Of a DNA stretch of 64,000 nt, positions 45,747 to 59,000 are shown in pieces. The stretch spans positions 133,796,001 through 133,860,000 of the forward strand of contig OZ024741.1 of NCBI GenBank assembly GCA_964016885.1. The letters are read 5' to 3'. The position numbers and the translations under genes are program-made. This DNA comes from Eledone cirrhosa (Eukaryota). The stretch's first letter is position 1; the number at the start of each line of letters is the position of its first letter. The notes under the pieces are model-generated. The model had not been told where the DNA came from. It did not search any database and saw only the letters and a program-made list of their open reading frames with translations.

Positions 45747-46576
45747 GGAAAATTTGAACAGGAACAAGACAGAGAGGCAGTAAAACGAATGTTTATTAAT
45801 TTCACGCTCTTGAGAGTGGGGTGGTGGTGGGGAACGACGTTTCGGGCATAAGCCCTTCTTCAGGTGAAAAGTGTGTGGGAAGAGAGTTCAAAGGGTGTGT
45901 CGGGGAGTGGTGGAGAGACATATAGCAAAAAGGGGGTGTGAGGAAACGGTGCAAATGAAATTAAAAATAAAAGCATGATCAAAATAAAATTAAAATGGGG
46001 TAAAACAGGTGGTGGAAGGGTGTGGGGCGTGTAGGAGTGGTGGCGGGTGGAGTGGGGGGAGGGAGACGGGGTGTCCGAGCGGGGAGGGCTGAAGGTGGTG
46101 TGTGTGTGTAGGTGTACGTGTGTGTGTGTGTGTGTGTGTATGTGAAAGCAAGGGTCGGGGGAAGAACGGTGTGGGGGTTGATGGAGGGAGTGTGGGGGTT
46201 GATGGAGGGAGTGTGGTGTACTGGTGTGTGTGTTGTTTGATGAATGGGGTGTTAGTATACAGGAGGTGGAGAAAGGGTGGAGAAAGGGTTGAATGCGGGT
46301 GTGAGTGGGGATCAGTGGTGGTAGGGTGTGTAGAGTTGGTGGTCTAAGAGGGTGTGTGTGTACGTGTGCGTGGGGTTGAGGGGTGTTAGTGATGTTAGTT
46401 GCGTGTAGGGTGGGTGGTGTAAGTGGGTGCGTGTGTTCGTGTGCTTGGGGTCAGGGGGTGTTAGTGATGTTAGTTGCGGGGTGGTGGGGTGAATGTGTGG
46501 GGGTGAGGGTTAGTGGTGGTAGTAGGGTGTGTGTTTAGTGTGAGCGCGTGTATATATGTGCCGGTGGGTGTGTGCG

Positions 46577-46578
<2 letters not shown>
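45743..46578 (-). mobile_element. Non-coding PLE 3' UTR/pLTR fragment in (TA)n
   Basis: CA-rich on the minus strand, flanked by (TA)n, carries a classic minimal PLE hammerhead. Confidence 0.7.
45834..45865 (-). ncRNA. Minimal PLE-type hammerhead ribozyme
   Basis: Minus strand: AC CTGAAGA A GGGC-ttat-GCCC GAAA CG TC GT; palindromic stem III ACGT; short stem I. Confidence 0.8.
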
Positions 46579-46644
<66 letters not shown>

Positions 46645-47110
46645 TTATTATTAAAATATAAGGGAACAAAGAATCAGTGTTACATCATATACATATTTAA
46701 TTACATATTACATAAGTTTCACTGTCGATCAGCTCTAAGAGCTATCTATTAAAGATCGAACCTGACTCTGGAATTATGTTTTAACATGTAGACTCCCGTC
46801 TGAGGGTGGTTGAATATTATCCCGATTCCTTCTTATATGCTACCACAAATTCTATCATGGTGGTGGGTGACCGTGTTCACTTGTTGGTTTGTTTTCGGTC
46901 AGATCACAGCTGGGGGCTTCCTATAATTTAGAGGCTACTATCGCCATCTCGGTCAAGTTGTCGTACGTATCCATGCAAGTCGACCCGTCTGCCTGGCGTC
47001 CGTTGGCACATTGTTTGAAGTAAGCATTAAGGAGATAAGGCCATACAAGAATGCAGGGGTGAGGAAATGCAAAGGGGTAAAGGAATAAAGATACAAAATA
47101 TAAATCATAT

Positions 47111-47149
<39 letters not shown>

Positions 47150-47391
47150 AATATAACTAGGATTTTTTTCAACACGCTGACGAGTGTGTGTATATGTGTA
47201 TTAGCAGCCTCCATCAGTGAATGTTAAACGCTGTTTTCTGTAGTTTGTCATCACCCCTTCCTTCCTCAATCATCTCTAGTGTGTGACGTCATCACCCCTT
47301 CCTTCCTCATACATCTCTAGTGTGTGACGGAAGAACAGATGGACGGAAGTCACTCAAGTTTATATATAAGTATATATATATATATGCATAG

Positions 47392-47710
47392 TCCCGTAAC
47401 TCCTGATGGAGTCGTAGGGGCGCAGTAGTGGCAAACGGCGTTTCTAGGGCATTTAAAACTTGACGGAGCCCACCCCCTCCAGGTCTGAACACAGCAGATT
47501 TCTTCCTGAGAAGGATAGAAAGTGAGAGAGAGTAAGTGAAAAAGAGATATAGATGAAGAACTGACTCTAGCACTAGACTGGTACTTTTTTTATCGACCTC
47601 GAAAGGATGGAAGGCAAAGTTGACCTCGGCAGGATTTGAACTTAAACAGAATAGAGCTGGAATGAATGCTGTAAAGCATTCTCTCCGACGTTCTAACGAC
47701 TCTGCCAATT
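47392..47710 (-). mobile_element. SINE variant with a different 3' extension (second copy at about 50730-51030, plus strand)
   Basis: The shared SINE core followed by ...gaagaaatctgctgt...cagacctgg...gcccctac.actcca... occurs in both places. Confidence 0.65.
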
Positions 47711-47739
47711 TGTCACCTTGTATAATATATACTTAAGTA

Positions 47740-48960
47740 TCTATATATATAAAGTTGTTGTTCCTGTTTGTTTGTTTGTTCACGAACTCCTCCTATGGTT
47801 TTGGAGATAGACCTCCATAACCATATGTATTTTGAAACTACATTGCCCAGGCAACTTGGATAAATATATTTCATTGTAATCAAAGGGTTCCCCGGAGGCA
47901 CAAACCCCCACTGAAAATGTTTTCCCTTCGATTTATATGAAATTTAAACCATAGGTAAATGATAAGATATGATGCCTATTCACAAAATTTCAGCAAATTT
48001 CAATAATATTAAGATACCCGAATGGGGGTTAAACCTCCTATAGTGAAAATTTTGTCCAATAAATGGAACACGATGTGTTGTAACAAGATTGCATGAGAAC
48101 TTGATTGAAGCAACCATTATATTCGGGGCTTACAAAGGTCAAGCTCTTCTCATTCCGAGGATTCCACTTATACCAAGTGATAGCGAGTTGCCTTTTGCAT
48201 TTAAGAGGCTGCAGTTCCCAGTGAGGCCATGCTTTACCATGAGCATCAATAAGAGTCGAGGTCAAACTTTCAAAACTATTGGTATAGATCTGACAAACCC
48301 ATGTTTCAGTCATGGCATGTTTTATGTGGCTGTTTCAAGGACTGGAACTTCAAAAAACCTCTACATTTTAGCCAATCAAAGAAAGACAAGAAATCTTGTT
48401 TACCCTGAAGTTCTTCATTAGAACAAAGTATGAAATAGATTTTCATGTATTTATTATGCTAAAAAATAAATAATTAAACTTTAAATTTCTAATTTGAAAA
48501 TAATGCTTTACACAAAAATGAAATGATCAAGTTTTGAATTGATATTTTTAAAAAAATTATTTACAAGAAACAAAATAAGAATAAGATTTAATAATGTAAT
48601 TTTGATTTGATATATTACAAAAAATAATTGTTTCTACTTTAGGCACAAGGCCAGCAATTACCCAGAGCATTACTGGTACTTTATTTTATCGACCCCGTAA
48701 GGATGAAAGGCAAAGTCAACCTCGGCGGGATTTGAACTCAGATCGTAAAGGGATGTACCTATGCTGGAAAGCATGGCGTCCGACTCTCTACCGATACTGC
48801 CAAAATAATGTTTTCCAATTTTTCATGCATTACATTTTACATTGAGTAATATTGAAATGCAGAGTTTTTCTCCATAAATTATATGACTGATTTAAAATCA
48901 ATCATCATTTTCTTACAAAAAAATGTGTGAGTCGCAGCAAGGCGCGGGTAATTCGGCTAG
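47740..48960 (+). mobile_element. Internally deleted Helitron
   Basis: A|TCTATATAT start, GC-rich subterminal sequence, CTAG|T end; contains a helicase C-terminus and a nested SINE (48629-48801, TSD AAAATAAT). Confidence 0.88.
48089..48421 (+). pseudogene. PIF1-type helicase C-terminal fragment of Helitron Rep/Hel
   Basis: LIPRIPLIP...FKRLQFPVRPCFTMSINKSRGQT...CFSHGMFYVAVSR...TRNLVYPEVL. Confidence 0.9.
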
Positions 48961-49014
48961 TATATAATAAAAATAGTCGATCACTATAAATAATCTATTA
49001 TTATTATGGTCATA

Positions 49015-49199
49015 GGGCGGTGGATTGGCAGTATCAGTAGAGAGTCGGACGCCATGCTTTCCAGCATAGTTACGTCCCTTTACGGTCTGAGTTCAAATCC
49101 CGCCGAGGTTAACTTTGCCTTTCATCCTTACGGGGTCGATAAAATAAAGTACCAGTAATGTACTGAGTAATTGCTGGCCTTGTGCCTAAAGTAGAAACA
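49015..49199 (+). mobile_element. Full-length tRNA-derived SINE with a 14-bp TSD
   Basis: TSD ATTATTATGGTCAT at 49000-49013 and 49200-49213. Confidence 0.92.
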
Positions 49200-49548
49200 A
49201 TTATTATGGTCATTTTCGTTGGGTCGCAAACATTTCAAATTTCAAATTTTCCCAATTCTTCTTTACATATATATAAAGCCATGGAATATACCAATATTAA
49301 TAATCTTTCATACAAAATATCCGATGCATTGATTGGTTGATTCGATGTCAACATAAAAAGAGAAGCTGAAAGAGTGTAAGAGGAAGTTAGATAGATTTAA
49401 TATGTGGAGTATATATACTGAATTAAGTGACAGGTAAAGAGTGAGATACATAGAGAGGCAAACAAACACCAAAAATGAAATCTTGTGTGGGCACACACAC
49501 ACAGATACACAGATACACGTGTATATATTATAAAAAGAAGAGAGACGG

Positions 49549-49601
<53 letters not shown>

Positions 49602-49603
49602 GC

Positions 49604-49651
<48 letters not shown>

Positions 49652-52600
49652 CGCGGGAATATGTATATATATATATATATGTGTGTGTTTGTGCACAAAC
49701 TCACAAACCAGTAATTGTCGTCTACTGGGACAATAGTGAATGCTTATAGCTTTAGTATGAACTTACGGTTTTTTTTCACTCTTTTTTTCCTTCTTTTTTT
49801 ATAAGAGGAATCAAATCGCTGATTTCTTTAGTACTATTGAATAAGTAAATTGCAAAAAAGGGAGAGAAAAAAGAATAAAACTAAAAATAAAAAAGGAAGA
49901 AGAGTGTATTTTGTGAAAATGGTTTTCTAAAGGAAAGTTATTATAGTTGGTAGGTATAGTTATTGAATATTGTGAAATAGTGGCGTGGGTTAAATAAAAT
50001 TAATATGTAATTATCGAAAACCTATAGTTAATTGTTTATAGAATTTTCGACGAAATTTCAAAGGTCAAATATATAATATAAAAGTTATTAGTTTATGTAG
50101 GAGGTGGTAGATTAACAGAATCATTTGGGCGTCGGAGAAACTTTTTGGTGGCATTTAGTTACGGCATATTACGTTTTAAGTTCAAATACTGCCGAGGTCT
50201 AACTTTGCCTTGCATCCTTCCGTGGTCGATAAAATAAAGTAGCACAGTCTAGTACTGCCTGTCTCGAGTTCGGAAGCTCATCAGACCCGTGCTTATCCCG
50301 GTTTCCGTAGCGTTAGACGACATAGAGTACACGACTACCCCCTGGACAGGAAGCCTGTCCATTGCAGAGTTAACCCCCAGCTATTGCTGATGCCCATTTC
50401 AGCTGAGTATATTGGAATCGAACCCACGACATTATGATCGTAAGTCTAACTAACACATGTGCCTCCACTCAGTCAAATACTGGGGTCGATATAATTGACT
50501 TTGCCCCGCCCCCAATACTATCTTTGCGCTTAAATTAGAAATCGTTGGTTAATGTAGGGTTTAATGTGGGGAAATTTGAAGGTTGGTGTGGAGAATACAT
50601 ATATGAACAATAAACAAAGGTGAACTATTCTATATCAGAATAACTTTCAAAATACAAGGATATGTGTATATATGTATGAGGTATGAATGTGTATGCGCGC
50701 GTTGTGTGTATTATTTTGTGGATATATAGAGTCATTAGAACGTCGTATAGAGTGCTTTGCGGTATTGGTTTCGGTTCTCTGCTTTCTGAGTTCAACTCTT
50801 GCCGAGGTCAACTTAGCTTTTCATCCATTCGAGGTCGATAAAAGAAGTACCAGTCAAATACTGGGATTGATTTTTCCCTTATATCTCTTTCTCACTTCCA
50901 TTCTCTCACTCTTTATCTTATCCTTCTCTGGAAGAAATCTGCTGTACTCAGACCTGGCGGTAGATGGGCTCCGCCAGAAACGCCGTATGTCAATACGACG
51001 CCCCTACAACTCCACCCGGAGTCACGGGGGCATGCATGCATATATACACATATACACTTGGTTTGCAAAGAATATCATTTATGAGAAATTATATAGGTTA
51101 GTTAGGAGCTATATAAGTTTAATATTAGGGTTTACGACCGAAGATCTTGAATTTTTGATGGGTTCGTAACATTCATAGTTGATAGAAGTAATTAATTATG
51201 TAGAGAAGTTTATAAAGGCAAGAATGTTCTGGTTATATGTATGTGAGATGACAACAAATAATTGGGTGCATGTAAAGGTTGAATAACGTTTGATACTCAC
51301 GTTTTACCAACTCTTAAGTATGTCGTTACAATTAAAATACATTACTGGGGTGTGGACTTCCGTAGGTTTCGACAAGAGTACTTCAGTTATTTGATCAACA
51401 GAACGCTCTGCTCATGAAATTAATGTGTAAGTGGCTGAGCACACTCCACACAGTGTGTGCTTTAAGATCCACGAGGATATCATGCAGATTGCGACAGCGA
51501 GAACAGAACTATTCCGGAAGAAGCTTTCTAGTTGTGCTTCGAACACTGGAAAGGTTGCTGGAATAAGTATGTAGAAGAGGAAATGGCATATTTCGAAGGG
51601 GATTCGCAATTGAAGCCCACTAAGTACGTAATTCCCACTCTCAACAACCTAATATACATATACACAGGGTTACACATACGCAAACATACATACATATAGG
51701 CTTACATATATACATAAACATATACATATACACACACATACGCACACACAAGCGCGCACACACACATGCCTCTTCACGGAAACGTACAAGTAGTTTTTAG
51801 TTACACAAGTAAACTGAACAGCAGGCATAAACTGTGGACGCACCATGGTCGAATGGTTAAGAAGTTCGCTTCGTAATCGTGAGGTGCCCTGTTCGATCCC
51901 ACGGTATAGTATCTTGTTCAACTCATGTCTTGTAAAAGAAATTTGGGAGACGGAAACAGTTTGGAAACCAGTCAGATGTAGTATACTTGTAATTCAACTG
52001 GCCAGCGTTGTCATACACTGTGTTACGCTGATTCTCCCTGAGAATTACGTTAAAGGTGCACATGTCCGTAGAATGATCAGCCAGTTGTACATGCAAATAT
52101 TTATATGTAGTATGCAAACACATACACACATTTATATATATATTTCTTCTTCTTCTTCTTCTTCTTCTTCTTCTTCTTCTTCTTCTTCTTCTTCTTCTTC
52201 TTCTTCTTCTTTCTGAGAGGGTTGTTGGGTCAGAGTCCCCCAACTCTCCTTCCAGCGGGTCCTGTCAGAATCTACCGTCTCCAAAATTTCTAACGAGACC
52301 AACAAGGGCAATAATTAAGGAGTTAGTGTAGTAATGCACCCGCTTCAACATTCAGTAATCAGAAGAAAGGAGGTAGGTGTAAAAGCCAAACTCGCTACCT
52401 TCAATTCGATATTCGTGTCAACCTTTACCTATGGTCATGAATCTGGGGTAATGACCCAAAGAATACGATCGCGAATACAAGCGATCGAAATGGGATTCCT
52501 CTGAAGGGTCTTTGGAGTAACGTTACTCGTCAGAGTGTGTATCTCAGAGATCATGGAGTCACTCTATACAGAGCCGTTACTTCTCCGAATGGAGATATCA

Positions 52601-52753
52601 CAGCTCCAATACTATGGGCATGTGATTGGGTAACGAGAGAAGAAGAAGAAGAAGTAGTAGTAGTAGTAGTAGTGGCAGCAGATGATGTGAACAGATATGA
52701 GGGTGAGAGAGAGAGATAAAGAACGAAAAGAAAGGAAGGAAGGAAGAAAGAAA

Positions 52754-52787
<34 letters not shown>

Positions 52788-54597
52788 ATTAATTTTTGTC
52801 AGTGTTTAGATGAGTTAGGAAAACAAAAAAAATATGATGAATAGATGAAGGCAAATGCAAGGTATTCATTTCTAAAATCATTTCGTCAGTGAAAGAGCTA
52901 TTTAAGTCATCTCTAAATTGTCATATTGTATTGTCTTTGATTTCCACTGCATATGTTTTTAAGACGCTATATGACCTGGCTTAAATAATCGTTTCAAATG
53001 TTAGCACTAGGTCAACAATTTTGGGAGGAAGAAACTCAACCCAGGAAGGATGAAAGGTAAAGCCCGCTCTAAAAGTACGAAATTGTATTTCCACGTTTGT
53101 TGTTTATGACAGTTTTTTCCACACATACATATTTATATATATACTTCCTTGTCGGGATGATTCCGATTCCGACAAAACTCTACGTATTATACTAAAACTT
53201 GTATTGTATTGATTGTATTCTCTACTCTATACCTCAGGACTTTTTGTGACTCGCACTGAATTCGGAACCCGAACTTTATACTAGGTACAATCTGTTACCA
53301 TTCCATCTCCTCCATCCTCTATATCTGTATCTATATGTACAACTTATATTATCTTACTACAACTTGATCTATATTGACTCTTATTTACCTTTATTAATTT
53401 GTTTACTACCTCATTAATGTATATTTTATTACTTTATTATTTTCTATTATTTTATTAATGTATTTTTATCAATGTATTGGTATTTTTTGTAACTTTTCCT
53501 TACTCAGGTCATTATGCACCTTCATAGCCCCCTACCCACCTAAGAACCACACTACCTATAACCCGGACTAACTGGGACTTTAAAATAATTTAAATAATTT
53601 TGATCTATTTGCACTTTTCATTGTTTGACTTGTGTGGTGGCTTTTTCCCGGTTGCGCACTGGGCACTCGGAAAGTTCAGCCTTCCTTGAGTGCTTGAAAA
53701 AATAAATTTCTTCTCTTTCGGTAAATGAAATTACTCGGAGTGGCTTGCTCTGCCCCAGTCCCACCGCGCCGCCTGTTTTGGCCGCCTAATTATACCTGTA
53801 CCTACAAACTCCAGGTTTGGGCACAACTATTAGTTGTATCATGCCTCTATTGACACGTAAATAAACCCCTAATGTGTGATTTATGGTATAGACGATGGCC
53901 TGTCGAAATTGTGGGGTTCCCGCTAGCGATCCCAGGGCCAAAGTTAGCTATGTTCCTAGAGTACTCGGAAAAATTAATTTCGATTTCTTTCGCTGGACGA
54001 TACCACTTGAGACTAGCTGACTCATGGTGGTGGGTGTGCTGGCTGGGACTCCCAATCGAAATCTTTACTCTATATCCCATCCTAATATCTTATCGAGATA
54101 AATAAAAAAAAAAATGTTTTCATATAAGACTCTCTCTCCGTAAGTTCGTTAAATAAATAAATCTCGCTACCTCTATTTTTCAATTTACCATTTTGCAATA
54201 TAATATTTTTAATTTAATTTATTTCATCCTATAACTCGCAACATAAGTTTAGCGTTCCAATCTTCGGTTCACACATTAGACCATACAGACACCCACTATA
54301 GATTCTTTGGGTAGCATTTTTTTCGCGGCATTTTCTAACATGAATGTAGTTTGACCCTTACACTACACTTCTTTCTCCCTTTCTTTCTTTCTTCCCCTTC
54401 TTCTTTGACGGAGTGGTGGTAGTGTATGATAGGCCTGCGCCCCCTTACCAGATATTCACTGTTAGTTTTCGGTTGCCAACAATTTGAGGGAGGCTGGCTG
54501 TGAAGCTAGTTGGTCAGCCTCCCTTTCTGTCTCTGGTTTCCCGGACCCATGGATTTTCGGACCCATGGCTTTTTACATATTCCTTTGTTATATTCCA

Positions 54598-54655
54598 ATA
54601 CCTGATGATATCACCGGATTCATATGGAACCCGGTCATTGAAATGATCATAGTAT
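54598..54655 (+). ncRNA. Type I hammerhead ribozyme (same family as 30634)
   Basis: ATAC CTGATGA TATCACCGG...CCGGTCATT GAAA TGATCA TA GTAT. Confidence 0.85.
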
Positions 54656-54701
54656 AATAAACCTTTCAAGGATTTACACCAGTCCAGCCTACTATTATTT
54701 C

Positions 54702-54785
<84 letters not shown>

Positions 54786-54789
<4 letters not shown>

Positions 54790-54963
54790 CGAAGGAGTTG
54801 TGGTAAGGAACCAGATGGACCATAACGCACCAGAGTACTCAATACTTAGGGTAGTAGAGTGGGTAATAGGAAAAAGTATGACCCCGACGGCAGAGCTCAA
54901 GCTGTTTCGACGGCTATCTCTGGACTCATAGCCGTCGAAACGTCGGGGTCATACTTTTTCCTA
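54786..54963 (-). mobile_element. Fold-back pLTR fragment of the 955-1665 family
   Basis: Matches 1525-1665 in reverse, followed by an inverted arm at 54928-54964; (TA)n flanks. Confidence 0.8.
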
Positions 54964-54974
54964 TATATATATAT

Positions 54975-55786
54975 ATATATAAAGTAAGTCCATAAAATCA
55001 TTAGATAAAATATATACAGTATTTCTTCTCCCAATCAGCATAAATCAACCACACAAAAAATCATTTAAACGAGGCCATAAGTTTAAAATATACTTATGAA
55101 GAAACAATAGATAAATGATATATCTTCTTATCCGCGAATTATAGCTACAATAGATTTACCTAGTATCTCTAATAGCCTGTAGAAATTGACTAAGCATATA
55201 GTTAACCATACATAATTAAGTACAAAATCAAAGTTAGAAGAAAAAAAGTACATAAACCTTACCAAAATCATCAAAATATCTCTAACCCCCCCCCCCCCCC
55301 CCCCCCCCCGGCGGTTTCATTCCATTTTTGGATATATCCGATCTTGGATAAATCAACGAGGTTTGGAAATCACCAAGAGATAACTGAATTTGACAAAGAT
55401 TTTTCTTACATGATCCCCGCCAGAAACGAATTCAAAATGGCTAAGAATCATCACGTGGCCAGTGGTCAAGGCAGAAAGTTTGTGATTGGTGCCTGTCGGC
55501 GAGTAGGCTGGTTGCTAGAAAGTGCAGCCGAATACTGCCTAAAGTTTTACTCAACCTTACGGGAGTATATAAAATTTAAAGGGTATATACATATAAACTA
55601 GATAGAGTGATAGATATATATATATATGTTTTTGGCAACCACTCACGCTATGGCTCAATGAGGAATTAATTAAATAATTAATAATCAGAGCAATATATAA
55701 AAGTAAGTCCATAGAATCATTAGAGAAAATATATGCAGTATTTCTTCTCCCAATCAGCATAAATTAACCACACAAAAAATCATTTT
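54975..55786. repeat. Direct repeats of about 90 bp, about 720 bp apart (pLTR-like unit without ORF)
   Basis: atatataaagtaagtccata...aaccacacaaaaaatcattt at 54975-55067 and 55693-55786. Confidence 0.7.
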
Positions 55787-55973
55787 TATAATATATATAA
55801 AGTATATAACAAAGAGGATGTGGTTAGATACCAGGTGGACCATAACACACCAGAATCCTCAATACTTAGGGATCTAACTGTCGAAACGGCCGGAGCTCAG
55901 CCATCGGGGTCCTGACTCTTCTTCTCTCTCGCTATCTCTCTCTCTCTTTCTCTCTCTCTCTCTATCTCTCCCC

Positions 55974-56015
<42 letters not shown>

Positions 56016-56021
<6 letters not shown>

Positions 56022-59000
56022 ATAATAATAAATTTGAAGACTAAAATCCAAAGAGGGCTCGATAAGGATAAATATATATCAAATATATAAGAACCGTAGA
56101 GCAAATATTTATTAAAATAGCAGATTAAAGTTTAAGCAAAGAATCGCTGCTTTCACCCTTAACGGGATCTTCTGAAACTAACAAAGTCAATCTGTAAACG
56201 CAGAACTGGATATTTCAAAAATCGTTGCAACCGGAGGAAGACAGGAAGACGTCATTAATAGGAGCGGTGAAAAACAATTACGCGCAAAGACAGAACCACG
56301 TTTATGGTATGAAAGAAGTCGTAGATTAATGTTCTCTTAGGTGGTTCATAGAGACGTTCTCTGGCAATGAACGGAAAAAACGAAGATAATACGTCATATG
56401 TGGAGCGTGGAGAACAATTGCACGGAAAGACAAAACCACGTAAATGGTATAGCTGAAGTCGTAGACTAAATTCTAACTAGGAAACCGAATGAATCTCCGC
56501 TTCAGAGTTAAGAAAAAAGTAAATAAATACAATACAGGGGTAATAGAAATTAAATAAATGCATACATACATTCAAATACGTATATACACAAGCATACGCA
56601 AAACACTTGCCATAGGTATACAAAACCACGCACATATAAATATGTGTGTGTGTGTGCGTGTATACAAATAAATAATTAAATAAACGTATATAAATAAATA
56701 AATACGTATATAACAAGCGCACCCACATATCTACATGTAAATACACACATGTTCGAAGACGTAAGTCAGCCAAAACATGAAGTACACATATACACACACC
56801 CTACATACGTACAAACCTGCATACACACGCAGACGCAAAACTCCCGTATACACATAACCAAACCATATGTACCAGAAAATATGAAAAATGTATACGCCAC
56901 AACATAATCAATCAAATATACGTATGAGGAAGTATACGTACCTTCACAAAACATACAGGTAATATATACTTACCTATGCAAATAAGTAATGGTATAAACA
57001 AAACATATACTTAGTTACCACATCAAGACGTACAAAATCCACGTATAGATCGTACTATCCGTTAGGGTATAATGTGGGGCTGTAATACAGGAAAGTTTTG
57101 GGCAATTTATGTTTACAAGCCGAAATTGCCTCAGATTTTTTGTTTAAGATGCGGTCTGTAGCGTAGAGTATTTCCAGGGCCTCAGGGGCGCAGAGGTCAC
57201 ATGGTCTTTTCTTTCCGTTATACGATCTAGCCCTAGCTAGGATCTCCCAGTGTAACTTATATTGGGTGTGGTTGTCTTTTAGACTCCAGATATAAGCTGA
57301 AAGTGACGTCATATTCCTTCTAAGAGAGTAACGAAAAGAATGGGTATGCATGTAAAGACGGTGCTTGAATCTATTGACGGTTAACCCTATGTAGGCCCTA
57401 CGGGACGTGGGTGTTTCAACCTACATTTGTAGACAATGTTACTAGAGAGGCATTTCCGGATAGGGGCAATCAACCCGATTCCTACAATTACAGTTAGTAC
57501 TAACTACAGGGTGGCACGTGTTCCTACGGTTAGGTAGTTTAGCTAAATTTGAAGCTGTGGTGTTATGTGCAAGGTTAGGAGTCGTAGAGTAGGACATTTT
57601 AATAGTATTTCTATTAAAAATGTTACTATATTTATGTGTAGGGGGGAAATGCTTCGTAATAAGGGAAAGAAAGATCTTAGCTAATGGTGTGGCCACCTCG
57701 ATATTATATTGTGGGTTATACCAACAAATGCGACAGGATCTATTACTTCTAGGTCTATTTTCGTACTCTCTATATGCTACCTTATCGACAAATCCACTCC
57801 GAGCAAGAGCTTCATTGTAATAAGTGGAATGGTCGTTGAAAATATGCTCGTTAGTAGATAGACGGGAAAGCCTCAACGAAATGTTTCTTACCAGGTTCTT
57901 GGTTATGCTGGCAGGATGGTTGGAATGCTTACTTATGTAATTAAGCGTATCATTCGGCTTTCTATACGGGTAATACAACCCATTCGATAAATTGGGGGTA
58001 ACGTCAAGGTAATTAACGACCGAGAGATTGGCCTCAACCTGCATAGAAAAATAGAAGCCTTTAAAGAAGGCTGTGAGTTCTTTTCTGAAGCACGAGGTCC
58101 GCACTTAGTCATGGTCAAAAGACCATCATCACGGTACAAACCACCGCCCGCGTTGGGGAATTCGTCCTTGATAGAGAAAAGAAGGAAAGGGCCGATAAGA
58201 TCAGTAACCTCCGCAGAGTCACTGGCGCCCATACTCACGTCGAATGGGGTACTATTGGATTTGTTAATCCAAATAGAGTCGTCGAAATTAATCACCGACT
58301 TACGGGCATTGAGTATGACATCAACTTCGAAATCCTTAACCACTGTGACTGTTTTAGCGAAATTGATAGCTCTAAGGAGAAGTGGTAAAGTGATGGAGGA
58401 GTAGTAATTGTTGATGTCAAATTGGATAAAACGGCAATGTTCCTTGTTACATATGCCGTTGAACCAATCAATCACCGCGAAAGAATTGTTCCACAGTGCA
58501 AGAGGGGCCAAACATCTAATTTCAGGTATAATTCTATCAAGAATCGTTTTACTAAGTCTACCTAAATCGGACTTCGTAGGGTTAATAAGCCGAATAGAGG
58601 GGTTGTTCGGAAAATTGGATTTGTGATCCTTCAGGGTAAAGTGGGGAGAAATAGGGTCCAGAGGTTCGGTCCAGTCCAGGATGTTGAGATCAGATGTGAT
58701 TTTAAACCCAGCATCGTTGATTTCATTGATGACGCACCGATTAGTTTTACGGTAATCCTTAGTTACAGCATTATGTAGTAGTTGATGGTAAGTACTGCGC
58801 TCCACTTGATATAGGTTGCCAGTTTTGTCGGAATGGACGTGCACGGCATTAGAATCCTTAATAGAACGAATTCTATTCTTGAGGTCCTGCTGGAAGGAAT
58901 TGCTCCTATTCCGAAATTTGATACTCCGTATGAGTTCCAAGACATCATTTTCGAAGGGTAGCAATGCTGGGTTACACGGGGGTTATTATAGGTTTTAAAC

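Noticed and set aside
46700-46750. Possible minus-strand hammerhead (CTGATCGA...GAAACTTATGTA)
   Set aside because: No stem I closes and the core spacing is wrong.
48089-48421. Host PIF1 helicase gene
   Set aside because: It lies inside TC...CTAG Helitron termini and is only a C-terminal fragment.
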